A stretch of DNA of 64,000 nucleotides from an uncultured Actinomycetes bacterium (GCA_963751665.1 CAVVVF010000010.1:42752-106751), one strand, 5' to 3'; positions 12,605 through 25,090 are shown, counted from the stretch's first letter. The notes: generated by a model from the sequence alone, not told the origin. Numbers and translations: made by a program.

Positions 12605-13387
12605 GTGCTGCTCGCGGTGAACGTCGGCAACACGAACACGGTCCTCGGCGTCTTCTCAGGCGCCGAGCTCAAGTGGTCCTGGCGCATGTCCACCCAGGCC
12701 GAGCGGACCGCCGACGAGCTGGCCGTCATCTTCGGTGCGTTTCTGGAGCAGCACGAGCTCTCGTTCAGCCGCCAGATCACTGGCGTGGCCATCGCCTCGG
12801 TGGTCCCCACGTCCACGCGGGCGCTGCGGGAGATGACCGTGCGGTACTTCAGCTTCCCGGCGGTGGTCGTCGAGCCGGGGACCCGCACCGGCCTGTCGAT
12901 CCTCACCGACAACCCCCGCGAGGTCGGTGCCGATCGGATCGTAAACGCGCTGGCCGCGTATCACCGGTACGGCGGGCCCTGCATCGTCATCGACTTCGGC
13001 ACGGCCACGACATTCGACGCCGTCTCGGACCAGGGGGAGTTCCTGGGAGGGGCCATCGTGCCCGGCGTGCAGGTGTCGAACGAGGCCCTGTCCTCGGCCA
13101 CGGCCCGGCTCCCCCAGGTCGAGCTGCACGCCCCGAAGTCGGTGGTGGGCAAGAACACCGTGGAGGCCATCCAGGCCGGCCTGATCTTCGGTGCGGCGGC
13201 TCAGGCCGACGGGATCATCGAGCTAATGAAGGCCGACATCGGCGACGGCGCGACGGTCGTAGCCACCGGCGGACTCGCCTCCGTCGTCGTGCCCTCCTGC
13301 CGGAGCATCGATCACCACGATGAGTGGCTCACGCTGGAGGGGCTCCGCCTGGTCTTCGACAGGAACGTCGGGCCGGCCGATGACTGA
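12605..13387 (+). CDS. coaX: type III pantothenate kinase
   Basis: LLAVNVGNTNT, GADRIVNA and DFGTATTFD motifs. Confidence 0.9.
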   Translation: MLLAVNVGNTNTVLGVFSGAELKWSWRMSTQAERTADELAVIFGAFLEQHELSFSRQITGVAIASVVPTSTRALREMTVRYFSFPAVVVEPGTRTGLSILTDNPREVGADRIVNALAAYHRYGGPCIVIDFGTATTFDAVSDQGEFLGGAIVPGVQVSNEALSSATARLPQVELHAPKSVVGKNTVEAIQAGLIFGAAAQADGIIELMKADIGDGATVVATGGLASVVVPSCRSIDHHDEWLTLEGLRLVFDRNVGPADD

Positions 13388-14885
13388 GGAGGGCTTCCGG
13401 GAACGGGAGGTCCTGAAGGCCCGGCGCGAGACCCTGGAACGGCTGCGGGCCAAGGGGATCGAGCCCTTCGCGTTGAACCTCGAGTCGGCGCTCGGCGTGC
13501 CACAGCCCGACCGCATCGACGCCATCCGGGAGGAGTTCGGCGAGCTCGGGCCGGGTGAGGTGCGCGACGCCGTTCGCACGGTCGCAGGGCGGGTGGTGCT
13601 GCGACGCGACATGGGCAAGCTCATGTTCGTGGTGGTGCGGGATCGGTCGGGGGACTTGCAGCTCGTCGCCGCGACCGACACCGATCCGGGGAGCTTCGAG
13701 CTGCTCGGCGACGTCGACCTCGGCGATATCGTGGGCGCCACCGGACGCGTCGGGACGACGAAGAAGGGCGAGCTGTCGATCTTCGTCGAGCGCGTGGCGA
13801 TCCTGACGAAGGCGCTCCGGCCGCTCCCCGAGAAGTGGCACGGGCTCAAGGACCCCGACCTCCAGCAGCGGTACCGGTACCTCCAGCTGGCGACCGACCT
13901 CGACTCGCGCCGCATCGTCGACGCCCGGGCGATGATGCTGAAGGCGATGCGGGCGTACCTCGACGAGCGTGGCTTCGTCGAGGTCGAGACGCCGGTCTTG
14001 CAGCCGGTGGCGGGCGGAGCCTTGGCCCGCCCGTTCACCACTTTCCATCAGGCGCTCGGCGTCGAGCTCAAGCTTCGGATCTCGCTCGAGCTGTACCTGA
14101 AGCGTCTGCTCGTCGGGGGAATGGAGCGGGTTTACGAGATCGGCCGCAACTTCCGCAACGAGGGGATCGGACCCACGTACAACCCCGAGTTCACCATGCT
14201 CGAGGCCTACGAGGCCTACGGCGACTACCACTCGATGATGCGGCTCGCCGAAGAGGTCGTGGTGGAGTGCGCCCGGGCTATCCGAGGATCGCTCCGGTTC
14301 CCCGTCCGGGGGAGCGACCTGGACCTCACGCCCCCCTGGCGGCGGATCACGGTGCTCGGCAGCCTGTCGGAGGCGGTCGGCGAGGAGGTCACCCTGGAAC
14401 GGACGGACCTGGCCGATCTGGCCGAGCGCCACGGTGTCGGCGTCGACCCGAAGTGGGGTCCGGGGAAGATCGTGCAGGAGATGTTCGAGAAGCTCGTCGA
14501 GGAGACGCTGTTCGACCCCACGTTCGTCTGCGACTTCCCCCGCGAGGTCTCCCCGCTCGCCCGGCCCCATCGGGAGAACCGGGGGCTGACCGAGCACTTC
14601 GACCTGGTGATGGCCGGGATCGAGCTGGCGACGGCGTTCTCGGAGCTCACGGACCCCGACGAGCAGCGGGCCCGGTTCGAGGACCAGGCCCGGGCCAAGG
14701 CGGCGGGGGAGGAAGAGGCCCACCCACTCGACGAGGAATTCCTTCGCGCACTGGAGCACGGCATGCCGCCGGCCGGCGGCATCGGGATCGGGGTCGACCG
14801 GCTCCTGATGGTCCTCCTCGACGCCCCCTCGATCAGGGACACCATCCTGTTCCCCCAGATGCGGCCCGAGGAGCTACGGGACTGA
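13380..14885 (+). CDS. lysS: lysine--tRNA ligase (class II)
   Basis: OB-fold N-domain plus class II motifs (YEIGRNFRNEGI, GIGIGVDRL). The ATG at 13380 overlaps the end of coaX. Confidence 0.95.
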   Translation: MTEEGFREREVLKARRETLERLRAKGIEPFALNLESALGVPQPDRIDAIREEFGELGPGEVRDAVRTVAGRVVLRRDMGKLMFVVVRDRSGDLQLVAATDTDPGSFELLGDVDLGDIVGATGRVGTTKKGELSIFVERVAILTKALRPLPEKWHGLKDPDLQQRYRYLQLATDLDSRRIVDARAMMLKAMRAYLDERGFVEVETPVLQPVAGGALARPFTTFHQALGVELKLRISLELYLKRLLVGGMERVYEIGRNFRNEGIGPTYNPEFTMLEAYEAYGDYHSMMRLAEEVVVECARAIRGSLRFPVRGSDLDLTPPWRRITVLGSLSEAVGEEVTLERTDLADLAERHGVGVDPKWGPGKIVQEMFEKLVEETLFDPTFVCDFPREVSPLARPHRENRGLTEHFDLVMAGIELATAFSELTDPDEQRARFEDQARAKAAGEEEAHPLDEEFLRALEHGMPPAGGIGIGVDRLLMVLLDAPSIRDTILFPQMRPEELRD

Positions 14886-14960
14886 CCGGGCAGCCCTTCG
14901 CCTTGAGCCCGGCCGCCCTGCTGTCCCGCGGCGCTGGCCGCGGCCTGAGGACGTCGCGGG

Positions 14961-15341
14961 TCAGTCCTGGTCCGGCGGGTCGGCTGCTTCGTGGAGCACG
15001 ATGACCAGATCCTCCAGCGAGACCCCCTTGGCCAGGAATCCCGACGCCCCCGCCTGCCTGGCCTCTCGCTCCACCCCCGGGTCGGCGTGCGCCGTGAGGA
15101 ACACGATGGGGAGCTCCGGCCTGGCCTGGTGGATCTCCCGCATGGCCGCGATCCCGTCGAGGTCGGGCATCGACAGGTCCATTATGACCAGGTCGGGAGC
15201 CAGGGCTCGTGCCTGCTGGGTGGCGGCGACCCCGCCCCCCGCCTCTCCTGCTACCTCGATGCTCTTGACCATCCGGAGGGCAGATGTGAGCGCCCGGCGG
15301 AACGCCGGGTGGTCGTCGACGACCAGCACCCGCAACGTCAA
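14961..15341 (-). CDS. stand-alone response-regulator receiver protein (CheY-like)
   Basis: VLVVDD, DLVIMDLSMPDLDG, FLTAH and LAKG motifs. A TTG start follows an AGGAGA RBS. The ORF extends to 15386. Confidence 0.75.
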   Translation of the reverse strand: MTLRVLVVDDHPAFRRALTSALRMVKSIEVAGEAGGGVAATQQARALAPDLVIMDLSMPDLDGIAAMREIHQARPELPIVFLTAHADPGVEREARQAGASGFLAKGVSLEDLVIVLHEAADPPDQD

Positions 15342-15730
15342 TCGTCTCCTGACGGGGAAGACCAGGGGGGAAGGCGCTTGTCCCAACTTCCTACAAGCCG
15401 AATCTTGCCCAAGGTTGCCGCCTTCGTAAACGGCCCGTTCGGGGGAACTTCCCTTAGCCCGACCGGGTGGGGGGCGACACTTTCGTCCTACGGCTCATCC
15501 CGGACGCGTTCCGTTCCGAATAACGGGTAGGAGAACGTCGATCGGATGGGGTGGTGGGAAGAGGACGCAGCTCCGGGCGTATCGGGGGGCAGGGGTATAC
15601 TTCCCCCCGTGGGCGCTTCCAAGGCGCGCTGAGGCGCCGCAGGGGCGCCCGACCTGCCTCGGGGGTAGGACGTAGTCCGATGATCCTCGAGGCCGTTCAA
15701 TAGGAGGGCTCCGGCCCAGGGGACACTGAC

Positions 15731-18212
<2,482 letters not shown>

Positions 18213-18225
18213 GGCGGTCGAAGGC

Positions 18226-18249
18226 GTAGGGCGGCTCCCGCCGCCCTAC
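18226..18249 (+). terminator. stem-loop downstream of clpC
   Basis: GTAGGGCGG-CTCCCG-CCGCCCTAC. There is no T-tract. Confidence 0.45.
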
Positions 18250-18332
18250 TTCAAGACCGGTGGCCCAGCAACCTCGCGGTTGCTGGGCCTCTCGGTTTCC
18301 TGAAGTCGCCGCGGAGCGTTAGCCTCTCTCCC

Positions 18333-18707
18333 ATGGCCGAGGGCGAGGTGTGCTGGGCCGTCGAGACCTCCAAGGACGGCGAGCGGTGGCGGTTCTTCGG
18401 CAAGGCCTGGAAGAAGCCCGGTGAGCCGGTCCTCCTGCACGGCGTGCCCCGGTTCGTCCGGTTCCGGCCGGTCGAGGAGAAGGAGTGGCGAGAGCCCCTC
18501 GACCGCACGGGCGATCACCCCATGACGTGGCTCAACATGGAGGAGGGCGTGCGGGAGGAGCTGTGGCCCGGCCAGGAGCACGTCGGCCTGCCGGTGCTCC
18601 TGCCCGGGGGCGAGGAGGGGCGCCTGGTCTCCTTCAAGCACTTCGACGACGGCAACCGGTGGGACTGGGTCGTCGAGTTCCGGGGGATGCGCCAGCCCCA
18701 TCCGTAG
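18333..18707 (+). CDS. hypothetical protein (124 aa, Trp-rich)
   Basis: The ORF has balanced, protein-like composition. I recognise no motif. Confidence 0.5.
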   Translation: MAEGEVCWAVETSKDGERWRFFGKAWKKPGEPVLLHGVPRFVRFRPVEEKEWREPLDRTGDHPMTWLNMEEGVREELWPGQEHVGLPVLLPGGEEGRLVSFKHFDDGNRWDWVVEFRGMRQPHP

Positions 18708-18747
18708 CCTGTCAGACCGTGTCAGACCCCCTTGCTAGCGTCCCGGC

Positions 18748-20097
18748 GTGGGCAAGGCGCGGACGCTCATGTCGTGCTCGGCGTGCGGCCAGCAGGTGGG
18801 CCAGTGGGTCGGTCGCTGCCCCGGCTGCGGCGCGTGGGGCACCGTGGAGCAACGGAGCCCCGGCGCCGCCTCCAGACCGGTCACCCTCCAGACGCTTCAG
18901 CACGAGGCGAGGGGCGAGCCCAGGGCGTCCACCGGGATCCCCGGCATCGACCGGGTCCTGGGCGGCGGCCTGGTTCCCGCGACCGTGGCCCTGCTGGCCG
19001 GCGAGCCCGGCATCGGCAAGTCGACCCTTCTCCTCCAGTTGGTGGCGAACCTGTCGGCTGCCGGGCTCTCCTGCCTCCTGGCCTCGGGCGAGGAGTCCCG
19101 AGACCAGGTGGCGTTACGCGCCCGGCGCCTGGGGATCCCGGGCGACCGGGTGGCGTTCGTCTCCGGCCGTGAGCTGGGGCCGCTCGTGGACGCGGCCAGG
19201 GCGGAACGGCCCTTCCTGCTGGCTGTCGATTCCATCCAGAGCCTCCGGGACTCGGCGGGAGGACAGGTGCCGGGCGGCCCCGCGCAGGTCCGCTGTTGCA
19301 CGGACGCGCTGGTCGGGCTGGCCAAGGCGGAACGGATCGCGGTCCTTCTGGCCGGTCACGTGACGAAGGACGGCGACATCGCCGGGCCCCGGACGCTGGA
19401 GCATGCGGTGGACGTCGTCCTCACCTTCGACGGCGAGCCGCGCTCCGGGCTTCGCATGCTCTCCGGGGGAAAGAACCGGTTCGGGACAGAGGGCGAGGTT
19501 GCGTGGTTCGAGATGGGAACCGACGGCCTTCACGAGATCGACCCGGGGGGCCTGCTCCGCGCCGGCGAGGGGGAGCCCGGGTCGGCCACCGCGCTCCCAC
19601 GCCTGGGGCGCCGGGCGCTCGCCGTGGAGGTCCAGGCGCTGGTGGTGCCGACCGACGGACCGGCCCGCCGCCAGGCCACGGGCCTGGAGCCGGGCCGGTT
19701 CCAGCTGGTCGCCGCGGTGCTGGATCGGGCGGCCAGGGTCCCGCTCGCGAGGGCCGAGCTGTTCGGGGCGGCCTCCGGAGGGGTGAGGATCGACGATCCC
19801 GCCTGCGACCTGGCGGTGGCGGCCTCGCTGGCCTCGGCCGCGTCCGGGATCCCGCCGCCTCCCGGGAGCGCGTTCGTCGGGGAGATCGGGCTCACCGGGC
19901 GGGTCCACCCGGGGACCGCGATGGCCGGCCGATTGGCCGCGGCCCGGGCGGCCGGCCTCACCACTGTGTTCTGTGCGGGAGAGCCCGGTCCCATGCCCGA
20001 TGGTCTGCGGGCGGTTCGGGTTGGGCACGTGGCAGATGCCCTGGAATGGGCCGCCTTCGGAGCTGGCTCACGGGCCAAGAAGGACCGGGTTGCGTAA
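18748..20097 (+). CDS. radA: DNA repair protein RadA
   Basis: N-terminal CSACGQQVGQWVGRCPGCGAWG zinc finger, Walker A GEPGIGKST, KNRFG and a Lon-like C-domain. Confidence 0.9.
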   Translation: MGKARTLMSCSACGQQVGQWVGRCPGCGAWGTVEQRSPGAASRPVTLQTLQHEARGEPRASTGIPGIDRVLGGGLVPATVALLAGEPGIGKSTLLLQLVANLSAAGLSCLLASGEESRDQVALRARRLGIPGDRVAFVSGRELGPLVDAARAERPFLLAVDSIQSLRDSAGGQVPGGPAQVRCCTDALVGLAKAERIAVLLAGHVTKDGDIAGPRTLEHAVDVVLTFDGEPRSGLRMLSGGKNRFGTEGEVAWFEMGTDGLHEIDPGGLLRAGEGEPGSATALPRLGRRALAVEVQALVVPTDGPARRQATGLEPGRFQLVAAVLDRAARVPLARAELFGAASGGVRIDDPACDLAVAASLASAASGIPPPPGSAFVGEIGLTGRVHPGTAMAGRLAAARAAGLTTVFCAGEPGPMPDGLRAVRVGHVADALEWAAFGAGSRAKKDRVA

Positions 20098-20221
20098 GCC
20101 TTCCGAACAGGCAAAACGACACCAATTGGGCCTCTGACCAGGGATTTCATTTGCGGGGGAGGAGCCTCGCGTGCTATCTTGGATGTCCGCGACGGTCCAG
20201 CTTCCGACTCGAGGGGGTTTC

Positions 20222-20734
20222 GTGTTCCGCAAAGGCGACACGGTTGTGCACCCGGAACATGGTGCAGCGGTCATCGAGGAGCTTCGGGAACGGGAGATCC
20301 TGGGAGAGAAGCGCAAGTACTTCGTCCTCCGGGTGGCGTACGGCGATCTGACCCTGATGGTCCCGGTGGACAGCACCGAGGAGGTCGGCCTGCGCCAGGT
20401 GGTATCCAAGAGCGAGGTCAAGAAGGTCTTGGACGTCCTTCGGCAGGATGAGTCGAAGATGGCGGCCAACTGGAGCCGCCGGTTCAAGAACAACATCGAG
20501 AAGCTGCGGTCCGGAGACATCTATCAGGTTGCCGAGGTCGTCCGGAACCTCTCCATCCGCGAGCGCGAGCGTGGCCTGTCGGCCGGCGAGAAGCGCATGA
20601 TCACCAAGGCCCGGCAGATCCTCATCTCCGAGCTGGCCTATGCCACCGTCGGCACGGAGGAGAAGGCCGAGGCCATGATCGACAAGGTGCTCGAGGAGTC
20701 GCACCGCTCCCGGGTCCTCGTCGCCGAGGCCTAA
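20222..20734 (+). CDS. carD: CarD family transcriptional regulator
   Basis: FRKGDTVVHPEHGAAVIEEL is a typical CarD N-terminus. The GTG follows GAGGGGG. The ORF is open from 20171. Confidence 0.9.
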   Translation: MFRKGDTVVHPEHGAAVIEELREREILGEKRKYFVLRVAYGDLTLMVPVDSTEEVGLRQVVSKSEVKKVLDVLRQDESKMAANWSRRFKNNIEKLRSGDIYQVAEVVRNLSIRERERGLSAGEKRMITKARQILISELAYATVGTEEKAEAMIDKVLEESHRSRVLVAEA

Positions 20735-20797
20735 CCCTCCCCTCACCCCCTAAGCAGTAGCTGGCCGCGACGGCGGTCCATACTTGCGCAGCCCTGG

Positions 20798-21892
20798 ATG
20801 GGGGGTCACGGTAGGCGGGTGAGCGGATCGACCGAGGAACGCCCGGCCGTCCGGAGGGGACGGCTCGTCGAGTTCGTCCGGCTCATCTTCGTGCTGTTGT
20901 TCGCGGCCGGCGGGTACACCATCGCCACCCAGCTGAACAACCCCAACACCACTCGGACCCTGCTCGGCGTGGTCCTGGGGACCGGGACGGGGTTCGTGCT
21001 GGGGGGTGTTTTCGGGCGGCAGACCGCGGCCGCCGTGGGCGAGATGGAACGCGAGTTCCGCCGCGTTCCGGCGCCGGAGCTGGTTGCGGGGACGGCCGGC
21101 CTGCTGATCGGCCTGGGAGTGGCCGCCCTCGGGAGCGTCCCCCTCTTCCGCCTCCCTGCTCTCGCGGCGTGGACCACCGTGGCCTTCGTCTACGTCACGC
21201 TGTCCTATCTCGGGTACCGCGTCGGGCGGTCCAAGCAGCGCGAGCTGTTCGGGCTGATCGGGTTGAAGCCCCGGTCGGCCGGTGCGGCGGGAGGTGAGAT
21301 CGCGGTGTTGGACACGAGCGCGCTGATCGACGGCCGGGTGGTGGACCTGGCCAGGACGGGGTTCCTCACCGGCGACCTGCTCGTCCACGGCGCGGTCCTC
21401 CAGGAGCTCCAGCAGATCGCCGACTCCTCCGACCCCAAGCGACGGGCCCGGGGCCGGCGGGGCCTCGATGCCGTGACCGAGCTGCAGAGGGCGCCGACCG
21501 TCCAGGTCCACCTGGTGGAGGAGTCGGCGGTGGCGGACGTGGACGCCGCGCTCGTGCGCCTGGCGCGCGAGCGCGGCGCCTCCCTCCTCACCACCGACCA
21601 CAACCTGGCCAAGGTGGCAGAGGCGCTGTCGGTGGCGGTTCCCCGGATGAACGACCTGGCCGCGGCGTTCCGCGTGCCGGTCGGCCCGGGAGACGAGCTG
21701 ACCGTGGAGCTGGTCAAGCAGGGGCGGGAGCACGGGCAGGCCGTCGGGTACATGGAAGACGGGACCATGGTGGTCGTGGAGAACGCCACGGACCGCATCG
21801 GCTCCGAGGTCCCGGTGGTGGCCCGAAACGTCATCACCACCGTGACCGGACGGATGGTCTTCGCCCAGCTCCAGGGGCCGGCCGGCTCGTGA
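20798..21892 (+). CDS. PIN/TRAM domain membrane protein (YacL-like)
   Basis: N-terminal TM helices, a PIN core (VLDTSALIDGR) and a C-terminal TRAM-like domain (GQAVGYMEDGTMVVVENA). Confidence 0.8.
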   Translation: MGGHGRRVSGSTEERPAVRRGRLVEFVRLIFVLLFAAGGYTIATQLNNPNTTRTLLGVVLGTGTGFVLGGVFGRQTAAAVGEMEREFRRVPAPELVAGTAGLLIGLGVAALGSVPLFRLPALAAWTTVAFVYVTLSYLGYRVGRSKQRELFGLIGLKPRSAGAAGGEIAVLDTSALIDGRVVDLARTGFLTGDLLVHGAVLQELQQIADSSDPKRRARGRRGLDAVTELQRAPTVQVHLVEESAVADVDAALVRLARERGASLLTTDHNLAKVAEALSVAVPRMNDLAAAFRVPVGPGDELTVELVKQGREHGQAVGYMEDGTMVVVENATDRIGSEVPVVARNVITTVTGRMVFAQLQGPAGS

Positions 21893-22586
21893 CGGCGGGG
21901 GCCGTCGCGATCGTCCTGGCCGCCGGGTCGGGCGACCGATTGGGGAGGGGCGAGCCCAAGGCCTTCCTCGAGGTCGCGGGAACGCCGATGGTCGTGCGCG
22001 CCGCGGAGGCCGCCGCGGCCTGCCCCGCCGTCGGGTCACTCGTCGTGGCCGTACCGAGGGGCCACGAGCGGAGCGCCCAGACGATGGTGGCGCCGGGAAA
22101 GCCCGTGGTCGTCGTGTCCGGAGGCCGCTCGCGCCACGCGTCGGTCCGGGCCGCCCTCGCGGCGGTTCCCGATTCGGCCTCGTTCATCGTGTGCCACGAC
22201 GCCGCGCGCCCGTTCGCCTCGCCCCAGCAGTTCGTCCTGGTGCTGGGGGCGCTCGAGGTGACGCCCGATGCGGCCGGCGCCGTCCCCGTCGTGCCGGTGT
22301 CGGATACCGTCAAGCGGGTGCGCGGCGGGTTCGTAGTCGGACGGAGGGCTCTCGAGAGGAGCTGGCGCTGGCCCAGACCCCGCAGGCCTTCCGGCGTCCG
22401 CCCTCCGCGACGCCCATGCCCGCGCCGCGCAGGCGGGGCGGGAGTTCACGCGACGACGCGGCGGCCCTGGAGTGGGCGGGGTACCGGGTGGCGGCGGTCG
22501 CCGGGGACCCGGAGAACTTCAAGATCACGACGCCGCAGGACCTCGCGCTCGCGGAGCTCGTCGCGGCGGAGCGAGCGCGTGGCTGA
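21889..22586 (+). CDS. ispD: 2-C-methyl-D-erythritol 4-phosphate cytidylyltransferase; the frame is broken about 3 times
   Basis: VLAAGSGDRLG, HDAARPF, VSDTVKRV, AQTPQAF and DDAAALEWAGY are spread over three frames, with switches near 22337, 22395 and 22448. Confidence 0.85.
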
Positions 22587-22602
22587 GCGAGCGCGTGGCT
22601 GA
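22571..22602. repeat. perfect 16-bp tandem duplication (GCGAGCGCGTGGCTGA x2) at the ispD/ispF junction
   Basis: 22571..22586 is identical to 22587..22602. Copy 1 holds the ispD stop and copy 2 holds the ispF GTG. Confidence 0.9.
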
Positions 22603-23072
22603 GTACCGGGCGGGCCTGGGCTTCGACGTGCACCGCGCCGCCGTGGGCCGGCGCGCTCTTCCTGGGGGGCGTGCGGTTCCCCGGGGAACCGGGGTTGCTC
22701 GGCCACTCCGACGGCGACGTGGTGTGCCACGCCGTGGCCGATGCGCTGCTCGGCGCGGCGGCGCTGGGGGACGTCGGCGAGCACTTTCCCGAGGCGGACC
22801 CGGCGGTGGCCGGGATCGCCGGCATGGACCTGCTGGCGCGGACGGTGGTCCTGGTGCGGGAGCGCGATCTCAGCCCTCACTCCGCGGACGTCACGGTCAT
22901 CGCCGAGCGTCCCGCGATCGCGCCGGTCCGGGAGGAGATGCGCCGAAACGTGGCGGCGACCCTCGGGATCGGCGTGGACCAGGTGTCGGTCAAGGCCACC
23001 CGGCCGGAGGGCCTGGGACTGTCGGGTGATGGGGTCGGATGCATCGCGCTCGCCGTGTTGACCGGGGAGTGA
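22595..23072 (+). CDS. ispF: 2-C-methyl-D-erythritol 2,4-cyclodiphosphate synthase; one frame break
   Basis: GLGFDVHR sits in one frame and FPGEPGLLGHSDGDVVCHAVADALLGAA in another. The switch is in a G6 run near 22660. Confidence 0.85.
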
Positions 23073-23836
23073 GACCCCCGCGCCAGCGGGCGGAAGTCGG
23101 TGTCGCGCGTCGTGACGCGGTGGCCGGCCGCCGCGCGGCCCTGGAGGCAGTTCGGGCCGGCCGTGCCCGCGAGGTCCTGGTTGCCCGGGGGGCTCGGACC
23201 ACGCCCGCCCTTTCGGACCTGCTCGATGCGGCGAAGGATGCGGGCGTCCCGGTGCGGGAGGCTTCGCGCCGCGAGCTGGACGCGTTCGCCAGGGAGCACC
23301 ACGGGGTCGTGGCGCTGGTCGAGGCCACCGCCGAGCTCGGCGAGCGGGATCTCGCCTCCTGGCCGTTCGGGGACGACGACGTGGTGGTCGTGCTCGACGG
23401 AATCACGGACCCCCAGAACCTCGGCGCCGCGGCGCGAGCGGCTGAGGCCGCCGGGGCGGCCATGCTCGTGACCAGGATCCGGCGGGCCGCGGCCGTGACC
23501 CCCGCCGCGGTACAGGCCTCGGCCGGGGCCCTGCTGCACCTGCCGCACGCCCGGGTGGCCAACCTCGCCCGGGCCATCGAGCGGTTGAAGGACGCGGGGT
23601 TCTCCGTTGTGGGACTGGACGAAAAGGCCGAGGCCACGGTGTACGACACGCCATGCCCGTCCGGCCGGGTAGCCGTGGTGGTGGGATCCGAGGGCGAGGG
23701 GCTCTCCCGCCTGACGCGCGAGGCGTGCGACGTGCTGGTCCGCCTGCCCATGCGGGGGCGGGTGGCCTCGCTCAACGCCGCGGCATCGCTGGCAGCCGTC
23801 CTGTACGCCTACGTCCTGCCGTCGCGTCGGAGCTGA
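23069..23836 (+). CDS. rlmB: TrmH/SpoU-family RNA 2'-O-methyltransferase (RlmB-like)
   Basis: LDGITDPQNLGAAAR, VVGSEGEGLS and SLNAAAS motifs. GTGA overlap with ispF. Confidence 0.75.
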   Translation: MRPPRQRAEVGVARRDAVAGRRAALEAVRAGRAREVLVARGARTTPALSDLLDAAKDAGVPVREASRRELDAFAREHHGVVALVEATAELGERDLASWPFGDDDVVVVLDGITDPQNLGAAARAAEAAGAAMLVTRIRRAAAVTPAAVQASAGALLHLPHARVANLARAIERLKDAGFSVVGLDEKAEATVYDTPCPSGRVAVVVGSEGEGLSRLTREACDVLVRLPMRGRVASLNAAASLAAVLYAYVLPSRRS

Positions 23837-23855
23837 GCGGTAGACTCGGCCGCAG

Positions 23856-23928
23856 GCTGGCGTAGCTCAGGTGGCAGAGCAGCTGTCTTGTAAACAGCAG
23901 GTCGTCGGTTCGAATCCGACCGCCAGCT
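23856..23928 (+). tRNA. tRNA-Thr (anticodon TGT)
   Basis: It folds by hand: acceptor GCTGGCG/CGCCAGC, D stem GCTC/GAGC, anticodon stem GCTGT/ACAGC with loop CTTGTAA, and T arm GTCGG-TTCGAAT-CCGAC. CCA is not encoded. Confidence 0.9.
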
Positions 23929-24009
23929 CGAAGCATATGCCCTGGTCAGCCAGGCTTTCCGGTTCTCCGACGGCGACCTTCGAGTATGGGCCGTTTTCGC
24001 GCACCCTAG

Positions 24010-24111
24010 CTAGAACTCCAAAGCCGTGCGGAACGTCTCCTCCAGACCATCTGTTAGCCGCTCGTCCAGGCTCCTCAGGCTGTGCGCGTACGTGCTCATT
24101 GTCACGACCGG
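24010..24111 (-). pseudogene. possible C-terminal remnant of a tyrosine recombinase
   Basis: The minus-strand reading ...VVTMSTYAHSLRSLDERLTDGLEETFRTALEF* resembles the T-x-x-Y-x-H catalytic-Tyr tail of integrases. Its 3' end points at the tRNA. Only about 33 codons remain. Confidence 0.3.
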
Positions 24112-24122
24112 CCACGAGGGAC

Positions 24123-24154
24123 GAACGACCGCCCGGCGGACCGGGCGGTCGTTC
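24123..24154 (-). terminator. perfect 14-bp hairpin downstream of the membrane-protein gene
   Basis: GAACGACCGCCCGG-CGGA-CCGGGCGGTCGTTC. Confidence 0.5.
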
Positions 24155-24172
24155 GCTTCTCAGGCGGCCGGT

Positions 24173-24757
24173 TTACGCGTCTTGGGTCGCGTCCGCGCGG
24201 TGCACGACCGGCTCCGGCCCGGCCGTGGCCACGCGCCTCGCGTGGCGGAAGCCGAGGATCGCGAGGATCCCGAGGGCGATGCCCGCTGCCACCATGCCGT
24301 ACCCAGCCCACAGCGCGATCGTCGCGACCGTCCACCATCCGTAGGCGTTTAGCATGATCGACCGCAGGGTCTCACCCTTGAACAGTGTGTCGGCCTTGCC
24401 CTGCAGCTCGGCCGCCACGTCGGGGTCGAGCCCCTCCTGGCGCGCCGCGGCGCTGGTCTCCGCGTAGGTCTTTCCCTCGTTCACGGACTCGAGGTGGCCC
24501 GCGATGTACCGAGCGAAGCCCTCGGCCTGCGTCCCGTTCACGACCTGCTGCCCCGCGAACTCCCCGACCGACGCCTTCTCTTCGGGCGACATCGCGTCGA
24601 GCGGCGCGAAGAACACCTTCTCTGGTTCGAGACGGTCGCGGACGTTGTCCCGTCCGAAGTTCCCGCCGTACACGGCGAGCCCGCCGAGGACGATCAGGGC
24701 GACCGCGATCAGCGCGCCGGCCGCGCTGGCCAGCTGGTCCCATACCTTCCTGTTCAT
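24173..24757 (-). CDS. two-TM membrane protein of unknown function
   Basis: The start at MNRKVWDQL follows an AAGGAAAGGGG RBS. TM helices lie near both ends (AGALIAVALIVLGGLAVYG; WWTVATIALWAGYGMVAAGIALGILAILGF). Confidence 0.6.
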   Translation of the reverse strand: MNRKVWDQLASAAGALIAVALIVLGGLAVYGGNFGRDNVRDRLEPEKVFFAPLDAMSPEEKASVGEFAGQQVVNGTQAEGFARYIAGHLESVNEGKTYAETSAAARQEGLDPDVAAELQGKADTLFKGETLRSIMLNAYGWWTVATIALWAGYGMVAAGIALGILAILGFRHARRVATAGPEPVVHRADATQDA

Positions 24758-24933
24758 CTCGTACCCCTTTCCTTTTGGTGCAGGCTGTACGGGTACGAGG
24801 TTGCCCAGCCACGGGGACGTCGCCATGGGGCGTGTGGCTCGGCCTGGGCGGGACTTCGCCCGGCCCGACCGGGACGTTTGGCCGGGTCGATGGGCCCGAA
24901 CTTCAGGTTCGGGTCTCGTGCGCGGACCGGAAG

Positions 24934-25090
24934 ATGCGGGAACCGGCCAAGCTCAACACCCGGGAAGTTGCCGCCATGGTGGGCGTGAACCAGTCCACGA
25001 TCGCCCGGTGGGAGGGGGCGAGACCGTCCCTCGGCGGAGGACACCATCGCCTGGGCCGCGGCCATGGAGAAGCTAGGGTTCAAGCTGTAG
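24934..25090 (+). CDS. small HTH protein (Xre/excisionase-like); one frame break
   Basis: MREPAKLNTREVAAMVGVNQSTIARWEG continues as DRPSAEDTIAWAAAMEKLGFKL* after a shift in a G5 run near 25016. Confidence 0.5.

Noticed and set aside
18246-18701. 151-aa minus-strand ORF
   Set aside because: It is antisense to ORF 18333..18707, which has more protein-like composition (K, E, W, F). The minus ORF is Pro/Leu/Ala/Gly-rich.
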